Assembly (NCBI GenBank): GCA_964603095.1
Contig: CAZRTR010000001.1
Location: forward strand, 8,723-72,722
Direction of reading: 5' to 3'
Length of the DNA stretch: 64,000 nt
Origin: an uncultured Planctomycetia bacterium
Lineage (GTDB): Bacteria; Omnitrophota; Gorgyraeia; 1-14-0-20-64-10
The translations under genes and the position numbers were made by a program. The notes beneath the pieces are model-generated. The model was not told where the DNA came from. It saw only the letters and a program-made list of their open reading frames with translations, and ran no database searches. Numbering within the stretch: position 1 is the first letter of the stretch; every line of letters starts with the position of its first letter. Positions 1 through 10,045 of this stretch are shown piece after piece.

Positions 1-200
1 GCTTCGCCCGGCTCCTCCAGCCCGGTGGCAAGCAGGGATTGCTTCGTCGCCCCTGCAGGGCTCCTCGCAATGACGTGGGGCTCGCGCAGCGCCTCCTCGA
101 GGCCGGCGCGGGAGGCACCGTCGGCGCCTTGGGCCCGCATGGCCAGCGCGGGGTTGGGGACTGCTAAGGAAAAGGTGAGTAAGAGTGCTGAGACACGAAT

Positions 201-260
201 CGGTCGTTCGTCCTTCGACAAGCCTGCCCTGAGGAAACTCGAAGGGCTCAGGACGAACGG
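201..260. repeat. REP-like palindromic repeat, family 1 (copy A, inverted orientation)
   Basis: The sequence cgttcgtcct...(loop)...aggacgaacg forms inverted arms. The same core recurs near 1664, 5228, 24533, 30519 and 32941. Confidence 0.6.
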
Positions 261-388
261 AGATAGCGAAGCATTTTTCATCGGGTCTTGCCTCCTTTTT
301 ATCGGGGAGAAACGGTTTTGTTTAGCTTACGCAAAAGATACGCCTGCTTGGGGCCGGTGTCAAGCGAACAATGTGATCTAAGTTTAGA

Positions 389-1654
389 TTAACGGAGGAA
401 GGAGGGGATACGCTCGGGGCGGATCAGGTCCTGCAACGTCTCCCGGCGGCGGATCAGGAACCAGCGGCTGCCGTGGACCAGCGCCTCGGCCGGACGGGGC
501 CGGGAGTTGTAGTTGCTGGCCATCGTGAAGCCGTAGGCCCCTGCCCCCATGATCGCCAGGAGATCCCCCGGCTTCAAGGGGGGTAGGGCCCGATCCTTGG
601 CGAAGAAGTCGCCACTCTCGCAGACCGGGCCCACGAGATCGTACCGGACTTTTGAAGACGGGACATGGTTCGGTTGGTCGACCGGCAGGATCTCGTGATA
701 GGCGCCGTACAGGGAGGGGCGGATCAGGTCGTTCATCCCGGCATCCACCACGGCGAAGAGCTTCGCTCGATTCTCTTTAAGATACAGCAGACGGGTAAGG
801 AGAATCCCGGCGTTTCCGGCGATGAACCGGCCCGGCTCCAGGATGATCTTGAGTTTCCTTCTCTTCAAGAGGGGAAGAACCGCCCGGGCGTAATCGGCCG
901 CGGTCTGAGGGGTCTCCTTGTGGTAGACGATTCCGAGACCCCCGCCGATATTGAGCGTTCGGATCCGGATTCCATGTCGCTTGGCCCGCTCGATCATTCT
1001 GAGGGCCTTGGCGATCGCCTCCTTGAATGGGCCGGCCTTCAAGATCTGGGAGCCGATATGGATGTGGAGCCCCTCCAGCTTCAGGTGGGGGAACCGACCC
1101 TTTTGTTGGAAGATCGACTCCACCGTCTCCCAGTCGATCCCGAACTTGTTTTGCTTGTGCCCGGTGGTGATGAAGGCGTGGGTGTGGGGATCGACATCCG
1201 GGTTCAGGCGCAGCCCGACAAGCTGCTTTCGCCCCAGCCGGGCCGCGATCGCCTCGATCCGCTGAAGCTCCTGGATCGACTCGACGTTGAAGCAGAGAAT
1301 GCCCTTGCGAAGGGCCGCCTCGATCTCCGATTCGGTCTTGCCGACGGAGGCGAAGACGATCTTCTTCGGGTCGGCGCCGACCCGAACGGCTTTCTGAAGC
1401 TCTCCTCCGGAGACGACGTCGAAGCCGGCTCCCGCTTTTGTAAGGGCCCGGCAGATGGCCAGGGAGCTGTTGGCCTTCATCGAGAAGCAGATCAGGGGCG
1501 CAACCGGTCGGAAGGCGGTCTTCAGTTTCCGGAAATGGTCCAGCAACGTCCCCAAGCTGTAAAGGTAAAGGGGAGTTCCCAGCGCCCGGGCCACGTCGGA
1601 AACCGGCACCTGCTCGCAGAAAAGCTCACCGTTTCGGTACGCGAATCGATGCAC
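389..1654 (-). CDS. lysA: diaminopimelate decarboxylase
   Basis: 421-aa ORF with a fold-III PLP decarboxylase pattern (FSMKAN, GGGLGI, CESGD). It is the last gene of the arg cluster. Confidence 0.9.
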   Translation of the reverse strand: MHRFAYRNGELFCEQVPVSDVARALGTPLYLYSLGTLLDHFRKLKTAFRPVAPLICFSMKANSSLAICRALTKAGAGFDVVSGGELQKAVRVGADPKKIVFASVGKTESEIEAALRKGILCFNVESIQELQRIEAIAARLGRKQLVGLRLNPDVDPHTHAFITTGHKQNKFGIDWETVESIFQQKGRFPHLKLEGLHIHIGSQILKAGPFKEAIAKALRMIERAKRHGIRIRTLNIGGGLGIVYHKETPQTAADYARAVLPLLKRRKLKIILEPGRFIAGNAGILLTRLLYLKENRAKLFAVVDAGMNDLIRPSLYGAYHEILPVDQPNHVPSSKVRYDLVGPVCESGDFFAKDRALPPLKPGDLLAIMGAGAYGFTMASNYNSRPRPAEALVHGSRWFLIRRRETLQDLIRPERIPSFLR

Positions 1655-1660
1655 GTTGCG

Positions 1661-3109
1661 CTAGCCGTTCGTCCTGAGCTGGCCGTTCTGCTTCGACAAG
1701 CTCAGCATGAACGGCCGAGTCGAAGGACGAACACTTTTCAGATGGCCCTTCCAGCGGCGGATCGCCTGGGCGACCTGGGAAGGGTTGGTGCTGCCGGCCG
1801 ACCTCTTGCGGGCGACCGACTTGGCCGGGTCGAGAAGCCGGTAGACGTCGGAGCCGAAGCATGGCTCGAACCGGCGCAGGGTGGAAAGAGGCAGCCGCCG
1901 GATAGAGGTTCCCTGCCGGTCGGCGAAGCTGAGGAGTTGGCCGACCGCCCGATGGGCCTGAGTGAAAGGGACCCCTTTTGAAACCAGGTACTCGGCCAGA
2001 TCGGTGGCGTATATCGACTCATCGGAGAGCTGCTGTTCCATCCTCTTCCGGTTCCACCGGATTCCCTGGAATCCGGCGGTCATCACCGCCAGCATTCCCT
2101 CCGCCCGGTCGGCCGCTTCAAACAGGAGATCCTTGTCCCCCTGGAGGTCCCGCTGGTAGCCGGAGGAGAGTCCCTTCAAGAGGACCAGGATCCCGGTCAG
2201 GTTCCCGATGACTCGGGCGGTCCCGCCCCGGACCAGCTCCAGGAAATCCGGGTTCTGCTTCTGTGGCATCATGGAGGAGCCGGTGAGCAGCCGCTCGTCG
2301 AAGGAAAGGAATCCGAACTCGGAGGTGGACCAGAGGATCAGATCCTCCGCGATCCGGGAGAGGTTCACCGACAGGATCGCCAGCACGGAGAGGATCTCGG
2401 CGACGAAGTCACGAGCCGTCACCGCGTCAACAGAATTCTCTAGGACCCGGGCAAAGCCCAGCTCCCTGGCGACGGAAGCCCGATCGATCGGCAACCCGGT
2501 TCCGGTCAGGGCGCCGGATCCTAAGGGTAGCTCATCCAGCCGTTCCCGAGCCGAATGGAGGCGGCGCCGGTCCCGCTCCAGGGCCGGCAGGTAACTCAAC
2601 AGAAGGTGCGCTACCAGGACCGGCTGGGCATGCCGAAGGTGAGTGTAGCCGGGCATGATGAGCCGATGGCTCTTTCCTGCTTGAGTCAAGATTGCTTTCT
2701 GGAGCTGGGCGATTCCCTGCTCCAGTTGGGAAACCTTCTCTTTGGCCCAGAGCCGAAGAGCGGTCACCACCTGGTCGTTCCTCGAGCGGGCGGTGTGGAG
2801 CCGCCGGGCCGCGGTTCCCGCTTTCTTCTCGACCAGGAGCTGGATCGCCGTGTGGATATCCTCGGCCGACCTGTCCAGATTCAACCGACCCCGGTCCAGA
2901 TTCTTGAGAAGCCCTTGAAGGGTTCGGACCAGGATCCGGGAATCGGCCGCAGGAATAATCTTTCGTTTCCCCAGCATCCGGGCATGGGCGATCGATCCGA
3001 GCAGGTCCTGTCGGGCCAGCCGCCGATCGACCGACAAGGAGTGGGTGAACCGCTCCACCACCTTCGCGGTCGGCTGGGAGAATCTCCCGCCCCACAGCTT
3101 CCTCACTTT
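1661..3109 (-). CDS. argH: argininosuccinate lyase
   Basis: N-terminus LWGGRFSQP..., fumarate-lyase family. The start is assigned to a GTG preceded by an AAGGAG Shine-Dalgarno (SD) sequence in a low-GC junction that also holds the argG stop. The annotated ORF extends to 3157. Confidence 0.88.
   Translation of the reverse strand, partial: KVRKLWGGRFSQPTAKVVERFTHSLSVDRRLARQDLLGSIAHARMLGKRKIIPAADSRILVRTLQGLLKNLDRGRLNLDRSAEDIHTAIQLLVEKKAGTAARRLHTARSRNDQVVTALRLWAKEKVSQLEQGIAQLQKAILTQAGKSHRLIMPGYTHLRHAQPVLVAHLLLSYLPALERDRRRLHSARERLDELPLGSGALTGTGLPIDRASVARELGFARVLENSVDAVTARDFVAEILSVLAILSVNLSRIAEDLILWSTSEFGFLSFDERLLTGSSMMPQKQNPDFLELVRGGTARVIGNLTGILVLLKGLSSGYQRDLQGDKDLLFEAADRAEGMLAVMTAGFQGIRWNRKRMEQQLSDESIYATDLAEYLVSKGVPFTQAHRAVGQLLSFADRQGTSIRRLPLSTLRRFEPCFGSDVYRLLDPAKSVARKRSAGSTNPSQVAQAIRRWKGHLKSVRPSTRPFMLSLSKQNGQLRTNG
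1664..1733. repeat. REP-like palindromic repeat, family 1 (copy B)
   Basis: ccgttcgtcctgagc ... gtcgaaggacgaac lies at the lysA/argH junction. It is translated as the argH C-terminal tail (...MLSLSKQNGQLRTNG). Confidence 0.6.
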
Positions 3110-3123
3110 TACCTTTCTCCTTT

Positions 3124-4305
3124 TCACTTTTGCCTTTTCACGTACGGCAGTCCCCATAGGGTGATGAACCCGGCCGCCGCCTTCTGGTCGAAGCTATCCT
3201 GCCCCTCGTAGGTGGCCATCCGTTTCGAGTAGCGGGAGTGGGGGGAACGCCTCCCGACGCAGACGGCGGTCCCTTTGAACATCCTGACCCGCGCCGTGCC
3301 GGTGACCCGTTGAGTGGCCGACTCGACGAAGGAGTCGAATGCCTCCTTGAGGGGAGTGAACCAGAGCCCGTCGTAGATCAGGCGGGAGTAGCGCTGGGCC
3401 ACGATCTCCTTGAAGCCCAATGTTTCCCGGTCGCAGGTCAGCTGCTCCAGCTCCCTCGAGGCGGCATGCAGGATCGTGGCGGCCGGCGCCTCGTACACCT
3501 CTCTCGATTTGATCCCGACCAGCCGGTCCTCGATCAGGTCGGTCCGCCCGACCCCGTGAGCCGCCCCGATCCGGTTGAGCCGCCCGATCAGCTCGATGAG
3601 AGACAGCCGCTTGCCGTCTAAGCCGACCGGAGTCCCCTTCTCGTAGTCGATCTGAACGTAGGTGGGTCTGGCCGGCCCCCTGGCGGGATCTTTTGTCCAT
3701 CGATAGCATGCTTGTGGCGGCTCGACCCACGGATCCTCCAGAGGCCCCGATTCGATCGAGCATCCCCAGAGGTTCTGGTCGATCGAGAAGCGGGATTCTG
3801 TTTTTCGAGCGATCGGGAGCCGATGTCTCTGGGCGTACTTGATCTCTTCTCCTCGGGATTTGAGCGTCCATTCCCGGACCGGGGCCAGGATCTTTAAGTG
3901 GGGGGCCAGGATCCGCAGGGAAACCTCGATCCGGACCTGATCGTTCCCCTTCCCCGTGCAGCCGTGGGCCACCGCCTCCGCCCGCTCCGCTTTCGCCGCA
4001 TCGGCCAGCCCCTTGGCGATCAGAGGGCGGCTCAAGGCGGTGGCGAGCAGGTACTTCCCCTCGTACACCGCCCCGGCCTTCAGGGCCGGAAGGATGTAGT
4101 CCCGGGCGAAGGGGATTTTTAAGTCCCGGACGCTCACCTTCTCCGCTCCGCAGCGGATCGCCCGCTGCCGGATCGGCCGGAAATCCTCCCCCTGGCCCAG
4201 ATCGGCGCAGAAGGCGACCACCCGGTATCCCCGTTCGGTCAACCAGCGGATGCAGACGGAGGTGTCCAACCCCCCGGAATAGGCCAGAACCACTTTCGGT
4301 TTCAT
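3124..4305 (-). CDS. argG: argininosuccinate synthase
   Basis: MKPKVVLAYSGGLDTSV... is the PP-loop ATPase motif of ArgG. Confidence 0.92.
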   Translation of the reverse strand: MKPKVVLAYSGGLDTSVCIRWLTERGYRVVAFCADLGQGEDFRPIRQRAIRCGAEKVSVRDLKIPFARDYILPALKAGAVYEGKYLLATALSRPLIAKGLADAAKAERAEAVAHGCTGKGNDQVRIEVSLRILAPHLKILAPVREWTLKSRGEEIKYAQRHRLPIARKTESRFSIDQNLWGCSIESGPLEDPWVEPPQACYRWTKDPARGPARPTYVQIDYEKGTPVGLDGKRLSLIELIGRLNRIGAAHGVGRTDLIEDRLVGIKSREVYEAPAATILHAASRELEQLTCDRETLGFKEIVAQRYSRLIYDGLWFTPLKEAFDSFVESATQRVTGTARVRMFKGTAVCVGRRSPHSRYSKRMATYEGQDSFDQKAAAGFITLWGLPYVKRQK

Positions 4306-5216
4306 TTCAGCAGCCGGATCAGAATCGCCTTCTGAACGTGCAGGCGATTCTCCGCTTGATCATAGACGATGGAGCGGCGGGAGTCCATCACTGGGTCGGT
4401 CACTTCCTCTCCCCGATGGGCCGGCAGGCAATGCATGAAGACCCCCTTTCTGTCGGCCAGCCGAAGCAGGGTGTCGTTGACCTGGAACCCTCGGAAATCG
4501 GATCGGCGCTTTGCGCGTTCCCTCTCCTGCCCCATGCTGGTCCAGACGTCGGTGTAGACCACCTGCGCCCCTCGAACGGCTTTCTTGGGATCATCGGTCC
4601 ACTCGATCTTCGCGCCGGATTTCGACGCCTGGCTTCTTGCCCACCGAATCTGCTGCGGATCCGGCCGATACCTGGGTGGTGTGGCGATCGTCAAATGGAT
4701 CCCCATCAGGGCGCAGCCGGACATTAAGGAATGGCAGACATTGTTTCCATCTCCGACGTAGCCAACGCAAATCCCTTTGAGGCGCCCGAACCGCTCCTGA
4801 ATGGTGAACAGGTCGCTCAAGGCCTGGCAGGGGTGGCTGAAATCAGACAGCCCATTGATGACCGGCACGGTCGCCCACCGGGCCAGCCCTTCCACATCCG
4901 AGTGGGCGAAGGTTCGAGCCACGATTCCGTCCAGGTATCGGGAGAGGACCCTCGCCAGATCCTTGACCCCTTCCCGTTTTCCCTCCTGAAGCTCCACCGG
5001 CCCGATGTAGAGCGACTGCCCACCCAGTTGGGCCATGCCGACCTCGAAGGAGACCCGGGTCCGGACCGACGGCTTCTGGAACAGGAGCCCCAGGATCTTT
5101 CCGGTCAGGGGCCGCGGATGGCTTCGACTCTTCTTCATCTGGGCCGCTGTTCTGAACAAGTCCTGGATCTGAGAAGCGGTCAGGTCCCGAACGGTGAGCA
5201 AGTGTCGTGGGTTCAT
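4302..5216 (-). CDS. argF: ornithine carbamoyltransferase
   Basis: STRTR carbamoyl-phosphate motif and HCLP motif. There is a 4-nt ATGA overlap with argD. Confidence 0.9.
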   Translation of the reverse strand: MNPRHLLTVRDLTASQIQDLFRTAAQMKKSRSHPRPLTGKILGLLFQKPSVRTRVSFEVGMAQLGGQSLYIGPVELQEGKREGVKDLARVLSRYLDGIVARTFAHSDVEGLARWATVPVINGLSDFSHPCQALSDLFTIQERFGRLKGICVGYVGDGNNVCHSLMSGCALMGIHLTIATPPRYRPDPQQIRWARSQASKSGAKIEWTDDPKKAVRGAQVVYTDVWTSMGQERERAKRRSDFRGFQVNDTLLRLADRKGVFMHCLPAHRGEEVTDPVMDSRRSIVYDQAENRLHVQKAILIRLLK

Positions 5217-6460
5217 GGCTGATTCACCCTTCGACGCGCCGTTCGTCCTGAGCCTGTCGAAGGACGAACGGCTTGCTCAGGGTGAACGGTAGAAAGGGCT
5301 TCATCCAGCAATTTGATCCCTAAGTCGAGCTGGGATCGCTTGACGCTGAGGGCCGGATAGAGCCGCAGGACTCTCTCCTGGGTGCAGTTGATCAGCAGCC
5401 CCCGCTTTCGGGCCTCCACCACCACCTCCTTTCCGGGGCGGTCCAGCTCGATGCCGACCATGAATCCCCTGCCCCGGACTTCCCGGATACCCAAATGCTT
5501 CTGTTTCAGCTCCCCCAACCGCTTGAACAGGTAAGGGGAGAGCCGCTTGACGTTGGCGAGCAGCTTATCTTTCCGGATCGCCTCCAACGCCGCCAGACCG
5601 GCGGCGGTCACGAGCGGATTACCGCCGAAGGTGGTGGCGTGGGTCGCCTTCTCCCAGGTGTCGGCAATCTCCCGTTTGGCGATCAGCGTCCCCATCGGAA
5701 GCCCACCGGCGGCCGGCTTGGCCAGCAACAGGATGTCCGGCTTGACCCGGTACTGCTGGAAGCAGAACAGAGTTCCGGTCCGGCCCATCCCGGTCGAGAT
5801 CTCGTCGAAGATCAGAAGCAGTTGATGCTCGTCGCACAACCGCCTTAAACTTCGGACATACTCCGGCTTGGCGACATGGATCCCTCCCTCTCCTTGGATC
5901 AGCTCCAGCATGATCGCCACCGTCTTGGGGCCGACGGCCCTCTTCACCTCCTCGATCCGGTTGAACGGCACATGGACGAACCCGGGAAGAAGCGGCTCGA
6001 ATCCCCGCTGGTGCTTGGACTGGGCGGTGGCGGAGAGGGCCCCGTACGTCCGGCCGTGGAACGATCCCTCCATCGTGATGATTTCCCATCGACCCGGGTA
6101 TCCATGCCGCCGTGCCAGCTTGATCGCCGCCTCCACCGCTTCCGCCCCGCTGGAAACGAAGAAGGTCTTGCCGTCGATGCTGTTTCGGATCAGCATCTCG
6201 GAGAGCCGGGCCTGCGGCTCATGGTAAAAGGTGTTCGGCACATGGATCAACCGCTTGACCTGCCGCTGAACCGTCTTGACGACGTGGGGATGGCAGTGCC
6301 CCAAGGCGTTGACCCCCCACCCCGGGAACAGATCCAGGTAGCGCCGCCCTCCCTGGTCCCAGAGCCAGGAGCCGGAGCCGCGGGCGGCGGCGATCCCCAG
6401 CCGGTTGTAGACCGGGATCGAGAACTTCTCGTACAGTTTCTCAATCTGCTTTGTGGTCAT
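5213..6460 (-). CDS. argD: acetylornithine aminotransferase
   Basis: Class-III PLP aminotransferase (GNPL..., DEISTG, KP.AGG). The C-terminal roughly 25 aa are encoded by the repeat. Confidence 0.88.
   Translation of the reverse strand: MTTKQIEKLYEKFSIPVYNRLGIAAARGSGSWLWDQGGRRYLDLFPGWGVNALGHCHPHVVKTVQRQVKRLIHVPNTFYHEPQARLSEMLIRNSIDGKTFFVSSGAEAVEAAIKLARRHGYPGRWEIITMEGSFHGRTYGALSATAQSKHQRGFEPLLPGFVHVPFNRIEEVKRAVGPKTVAIMLELIQGEGGIHVAKPEYVRSLRRLCDEHQLLLIFDEISTGMGRTGTLFCFQQYRVKPDILLLAKPAAGGLPMGTLIAKREIADTWEKATHATTFGGNPLVTAAGLAALEAIRKDKLLANVKRLSPYLFKRLGELKQKHLGIREVRGRGFMVGIELDRPGKEVVVEARKRGLLINCTQERVLRLYPALSVKRSQLDLGIKLLDEALSTVHPEQAVRPSTGSGRTARRRVNQP
5228..5290. repeat. REP-like palindromic repeat, family 1 (copy C)
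   Basis: cgttcgtcctgagcctgtcgaaggacgaacggcttgctcagggtgaacgg lies in the argD 3' end/argF junction. It is translated as the argD tail ...AVRPSTGSGRTARRRVNQP. Confidence 0.6.
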
Positions 6461-7362
6461 TTGACGATCTCCGTTCCGATCCCCCGGTCGGTGAAGATCT
6501 CCAGCAGCAGCCCGTGAGGAATCCCCATGTCAATCATGTGGGTTTTTCGGACTCCCCCTTTGAGGGCCTCCATGCAGGCCCGGGTTTTCGGGATCATCCC
6601 TCCGGCGATGACGCCCGATCGGATCAGGCGGTTCGCGCCGGCCGCCGTCACGGTCGGGATGATGCTCTTCAGATCCTTGGAGCGGCGCAGGATCCCGGGC
6701 ACATCGGTCACCAGGACGAACTTCTCCGCCTTTAAAGCCGCCGCCAGGGCGGCGGCCGCCTCGTCGGCGTTGATGTTGTAGACTTGGCCGTTCCAACCGG
6801 CGCCGACCGGAACGACGACCGGGATCACCCCCAGCGCCAGCATCCGCTTGACCGGTCCGGTGTTGACGCCGGTCACCGTCCCGACGAATCCGAGATCCTC
6901 CCCCGGGATCGTCATCGGCTCGGCGTGGATCAAGCCCCCCTCCCAGCCCATCAGGCCCTGCGCCCTGGCCCCCAGCCGCTCCAGTTCCTTGACCAGCATC
7001 CGGTTGACCCCTGTCAGGGCTCTGACCACCGTCCGCAGCGTCGGGGCGTCGGTGACCCGAAGCCCCTGGACGAACCGGGCCGGTTTCCCGCCCCGGTTCA
7101 TCCGTTTGGTGATCTCCGGACCTCCTCCGTGCACCAGAACCGGCCGGATGCCGGCTGTGCTCAAAAAGACGATATCCTCCAGGATTGCCCGGCGCCTGAC
7201 CGAATCGGTGACGGCCGAACCGCCGTATTTGATGACGAATCTCTTCCCTCGAAAGGCCTGGAGATAGGGGAGGGCCTCCAGGAGATGGTCCGCCTTCTGG
7301 ATGATGGCGGCCGGGATCCGGTGGTTGAGGTCAGCTCGTGTATTTGGCATTGATCCGGACAT
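6457..7362 (-). CDS. argB: acetylglutamate kinase
   Basis: Amino-acid kinase family (GKRFVIKYGGSA...VHGGGP). Confidence 0.9.
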   Translation of the reverse strand: MSGSMPNTRADLNHRIPAAIIQKADHLLEALPYLQAFRGKRFVIKYGGSAVTDSVRRRAILEDIVFLSTAGIRPVLVHGGGPEITKRMNRGGKPARFVQGLRVTDAPTLRTVVRALTGVNRMLVKELERLGARAQGLMGWEGGLIHAEPMTIPGEDLGFVGTVTGVNTGPVKRMLALGVIPVVVPVGAGWNGQVYNINADEAAAALAAALKAEKFVLVTDVPGILRRSKDLKSIIPTVTAAGANRLIRSGVIAGGMIPKTRACMEALKGGVRKTHMIDMGIPHGLLLEIFTDRGIGTEIVK

Positions 7363-8530
7363 ACTCCTCGGTCAGGTCCGCGCTGAGAAGCCGGTGCTCC
7401 CCCCTTCCCAGTCCCAGGTCGACTCCGATGGCGATCTCCGAATGGTCCACCTGGTCCAGGAGGGTCGGACGGCTGAGCCGGGCCGGTTCCCCGTTTCGGA
7501 AGACGGTTACCTTCCCCAGCCGGATCGTCAGTCGCTTCGGATCGATCCGGCATCCGGAGCCGCCGACCGCGGCCGCCACCCTTCCCCAGTTGGGGTCCCG
7601 CCCCGCCACCATCGTCTTGACCAGCATCGAGTCGGCGATTGAAATGGCCACCTGCCGGGCCTCTCGCCCGTTGGCCGCGCCGACCACCTGCACCTTCATC
7701 ATCCGTGTCACCCCTTCCCCGTCCCGAACGATCTCATGGGCCAGGTATCGGCAGACGGACTTCAGCCCCTCCTCGAAGCTCCGGTACGGCCTGCTCCCCG
7801 GCCGGAGGCGAGCTGCGCCGGAGCGGCCGTTGGCCAGGATCAGCACCATGTCATTGGTGGAGGTTTCTCCGTCCACCGTGATCCGGTTAAACGACTCCTC
7901 CACCGTCCGGCGGAGCAGCCGCTGCAGCGTGGTTCGATCAACCCGGGCGTCGGTCGTCAGGAAGCAGAGCATCGTGGCCATGTTGGGAGCCACCATCCCG
8001 GATCCCTTGGCGATGCCGCCGATCGTGATCGGCCTTCCCTGGACCGAGAAGCGGACGGCCAACTCTTTCGGACGGGTGTCGGTGGTCAGGATCGCCTCCG
8101 CCGCCAGGTGGGAGCCGGTCTTGGATATCCTCTTGGCCGCCTGCTCGATTCCTTTTCGGATCCTTGGCGTCGGGAGAGGATGGCCGATCACCCCGGTGAA
8201 GGCGACCAGCGCCTCGGTGGGCCGGATCTTGAGCGCCTGGGCCGTCCACCGGGCCGTCGCCTCGGTGTCGGCCGCCCCTCGCCGCCCGGTGCAACAGTTG
8301 GCGTTGCCGCTCACCGCCACGATCGCTCGGGCCGATCCGTGCCGCAGCATCTTCGCCGCCCGATCGACGCAGGAGGCCCGGAGCGCATTGCGCGTCAAGG
8401 TTCCTGCCATGGAGGCCGGATGCTCGGAAAAGATCAGGGCCAAGTCCTTCCCCCGTTTCTTCACCCCGCAGGAGATCCCCGTGGCAAGAAACCCGGCCGG
8501 CGCGGTCACTCCCCCCGCGACCCGGTTCAT
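7331..8530 (-). CDS. argJ: bifunctional ornithine acetyltransferase / N-acetylglutamate synthase
   Basis: ArgJ family with the autoproteolytic ATML/T motif (PNMATMLCFLTTDA). Confidence 0.9.
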   Translation of the reverse strand: MNRVAGGVTAPAGFLATGISCGVKKRGKDLALIFSEHPASMAGTLTRNALRASCVDRAAKMLRHGSARAIVAVSGNANCCTGRRGAADTEATARWTAQALKIRPTEALVAFTGVIGHPLPTPRIRKGIEQAAKRISKTGSHLAAEAILTTDTRPKELAVRFSVQGRPITIGGIAKGSGMVAPNMATMLCFLTTDARVDRTTLQRLLRRTVEESFNRITVDGETSTNDMVLILANGRSGAARLRPGSRPYRSFEEGLKSVCRYLAHEIVRDGEGVTRMMKVQVVGAANGREARQVAISIADSMLVKTMVAGRDPNWGRVAAAVGGSGCRIDPKRLTIRLGKVTVFRNGEPARLSRPTLLDQVDHSEIAIGVDLGLGRGEHRLLSADLTEEYVRINAKYTS

Positions 8531-9586
8531 TTAGGAGAGCCCCTCCGTCTCTTCCAGCCCGCACATCAGGTTCATGTTCTGCACCGCCTGGCCCGCCGCC
8601 CCTTTGCCCAGATTGTCGATGGCAACCAGCAGGATGGCCAGCCGGTGTTTCCGATCCACCTTCAGCCCGATCTCGCACCGGTTGGACCCTTCCACCGATT
8701 TCACCTGCGGCCAGATCCCCTCCGGCAGGATCCCGATGAACGGCTCTCCTTTATAGGCGCTCCGATAGATCGAGCGGACCTCCGATTCGCTCAGGGCCTT
8801 GGTGAGCGGCGCGTAGATTGTGGCGTACAGCCCCCGGTTCATCGGGACCAGGTGCGGCACGAAGACCATCCTCATGGGCCGGCGGCTCAAGCGGCTCAGC
8901 TCCTGCTCCATCTCCGGCATATGCTGGTGGCTGTTCACCCGGTAGGCCCGCAGATCCTCGTTCACCTCGGAGAAGAGCAGCTCCTCCTTGAGGGAGCGCC
9001 CCGCCCCGGTCACTCCCGATTTCGCATCGACGATCAGCCCCTCCTTTTCCAGAAGCCCCTGCTCGGCCAGGGGGGCCAGGCCCAGCAACACGGCGGTCGG
9101 GTAGCAACCGGGGTTGGCCACCAGGCGGGCCGATCGGATCGAGTCCCTGGCCCACTCCGTGAGGCCATAGACCGACTCCTTCAACAAGGTGGGGCGCTTG
9201 TGCTTCATCTGATAGGCCTGAAGGAACTTCTCGGCCGACTTGAGCCGGAAATCTCCGCTTAAATCGACCAGTTTGGCCTTCGGCTTTCGGAAAATCTGCG
9301 GGACGATCTCCATCGCCACCCCATGCGGCAGGGCCAGGAACAGGAACTCCGCCGCATCGGTCGCCTCCTTCACCCGAAAAGGGTGGATCCGGAGTCCCGC
9401 GGCCCGTTCGGTCTGGAGGAGTCCCCGCAAAGGAGGCACCACCTCCTCCGCTGGGCGCGCCTTCTCCACCCGCCGGGCGGCCAGGTATTGAACAGAAACC
9501 TCCGGATGCTTGAGCAGGATCTTGAGCAGCTCCTGCCCCGCGTACCCGGTGACTCCTATGATTCCGACCGATATTCTCGCCATCAA
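8531..9586 (-). CDS. argC: N-acetyl-gamma-glutamyl-phosphate reductase
   Basis: GVTGYAGQEL NAD-binding region and an active-site Cys region. It is the first gene of the arg cluster. Confidence 0.9.
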   Translation of the reverse strand: MMARISVGIIGVTGYAGQELLKILLKHPEVSVQYLAARRVEKARPAEEVVPPLRGLLQTERAAGLRIHPFRVKEATDAAEFLFLALPHGVAMEIVPQIFRKPKAKLVDLSGDFRLKSAEKFLQAYQMKHKRPTLLKESVYGLTEWARDSIRSARLVANPGCYPTAVLLGLAPLAEQGLLEKEGLIVDAKSGVTGAGRSLKEELLFSEVNEDLRAYRVNSHQHMPEMEQELSRLSRRPMRMVFVPHLVPMNRGLYATIYAPLTKALSESEVRSIYRSAYKGEPFIGILPEGIWPQVKSVEGSNRCEIGLKVDRKHRLAILLVAIDNLGKGAAGQAVQNMNLMCGLEETEGLS

Positions 9587-9596
9587 AAAGAAATCG

Positions 9597-9667
9597 ACCT
9601 ATCCTCTGCTCCTTCGCCGGGTACCAGGTCCTGGTACCCCGATGAGAAAGGATAGGTCGTCAGGACC
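9597..9667 (-). terminator. rho-independent terminator downstream of rpsI
   Basis: A long nested hairpin is present on the minus strand (outer arms gacctatcc/ggataggtc, inner arms ggtaccagg/cctggtacc). It is followed by ATTTCTTTTT and sits immediately before the argC start. Confidence 0.6.
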
Positions 9668-10045
9668 TTAACGTTTAGTCCACTGGAACCGCTTGCGGGC
9701 TCCCTTTTGTCCGTACTTTTTCCGCTCCTTGACCCTGGAATCCCGAGTGAGAAACCCCCCCTTTCGAAGGGTTCCCCGCAGCCCCTCCTCCGCCTGGACC
9801 ACCGCCCGGGCCAGCCCCAACCGGAGGGCCCCGGCCTGGCCGCTCAAACCGCCGCCGGCGACATGGGCGGTAAAATCGAACCGGCCCACAGTCTGTGTGG
9901 CGACCAGCGGCTCCCGGATCAGCGACTGGAGTGACAGCCGGGGAAAATAGACCTCCATCTTCCGGCCATTGACCAGAATCTGGCCCGTCCCGGGCTTGAG
10001 ATGCACCCTGGCGACCGCCTCTTTTCTTCGACCGGTCATGGGCAT
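9668..10045 (-). CDS. rpsI: 30S ribosomal protein S9
   Basis: [16 protein letters not shown]...[16 protein letters not shown]. The true start is inside a longer ORF and overlaps the rplM stop as ATGA. Confidence 0.9.
   Translation of the reverse strand: MPMTGRRKEAVARVHLKPGTGQILVNGRKMEVYFPRLSLQSLIREPLVATQTVGRFDFTAHVAGGGLSGQAGALRLGLARAVVQAEEGLRGTLRKGGFLTRDSRVKERKKYGQKGARKRFQWTKR

Noticed and set aside
25-381. 118-aa plus-strand ORF at the left edge, and a possible minus-strand partial CDS at 1..140
   Set aside because: The plus-strand ORF reads straight through a REP copy (…SFDKPALRKLEGLRTNG…) and has no homology signal. The minus-strand frame has high GC3 but is too short to call. It is left unannotated.
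665-1981. 438-aa plus-strand ORF antisense to lysA and argH
   Set aside because: It lies opposite well-supported lysA and argH. The protein is low-complexity (rich in Arg, Gly, Pro and Asp), as expected for an antisense shadow ORF in 65% GC DNA.
7338-9262. Large plus-strand ORFs (398 aa and 508 aa) antisense to argJ and argC
   Set aside because: Their composition is biased to Arg, Pro, Gly and His, and there is no recognisable domain. They are fully contained within strongly supported arg genes on the other strand.
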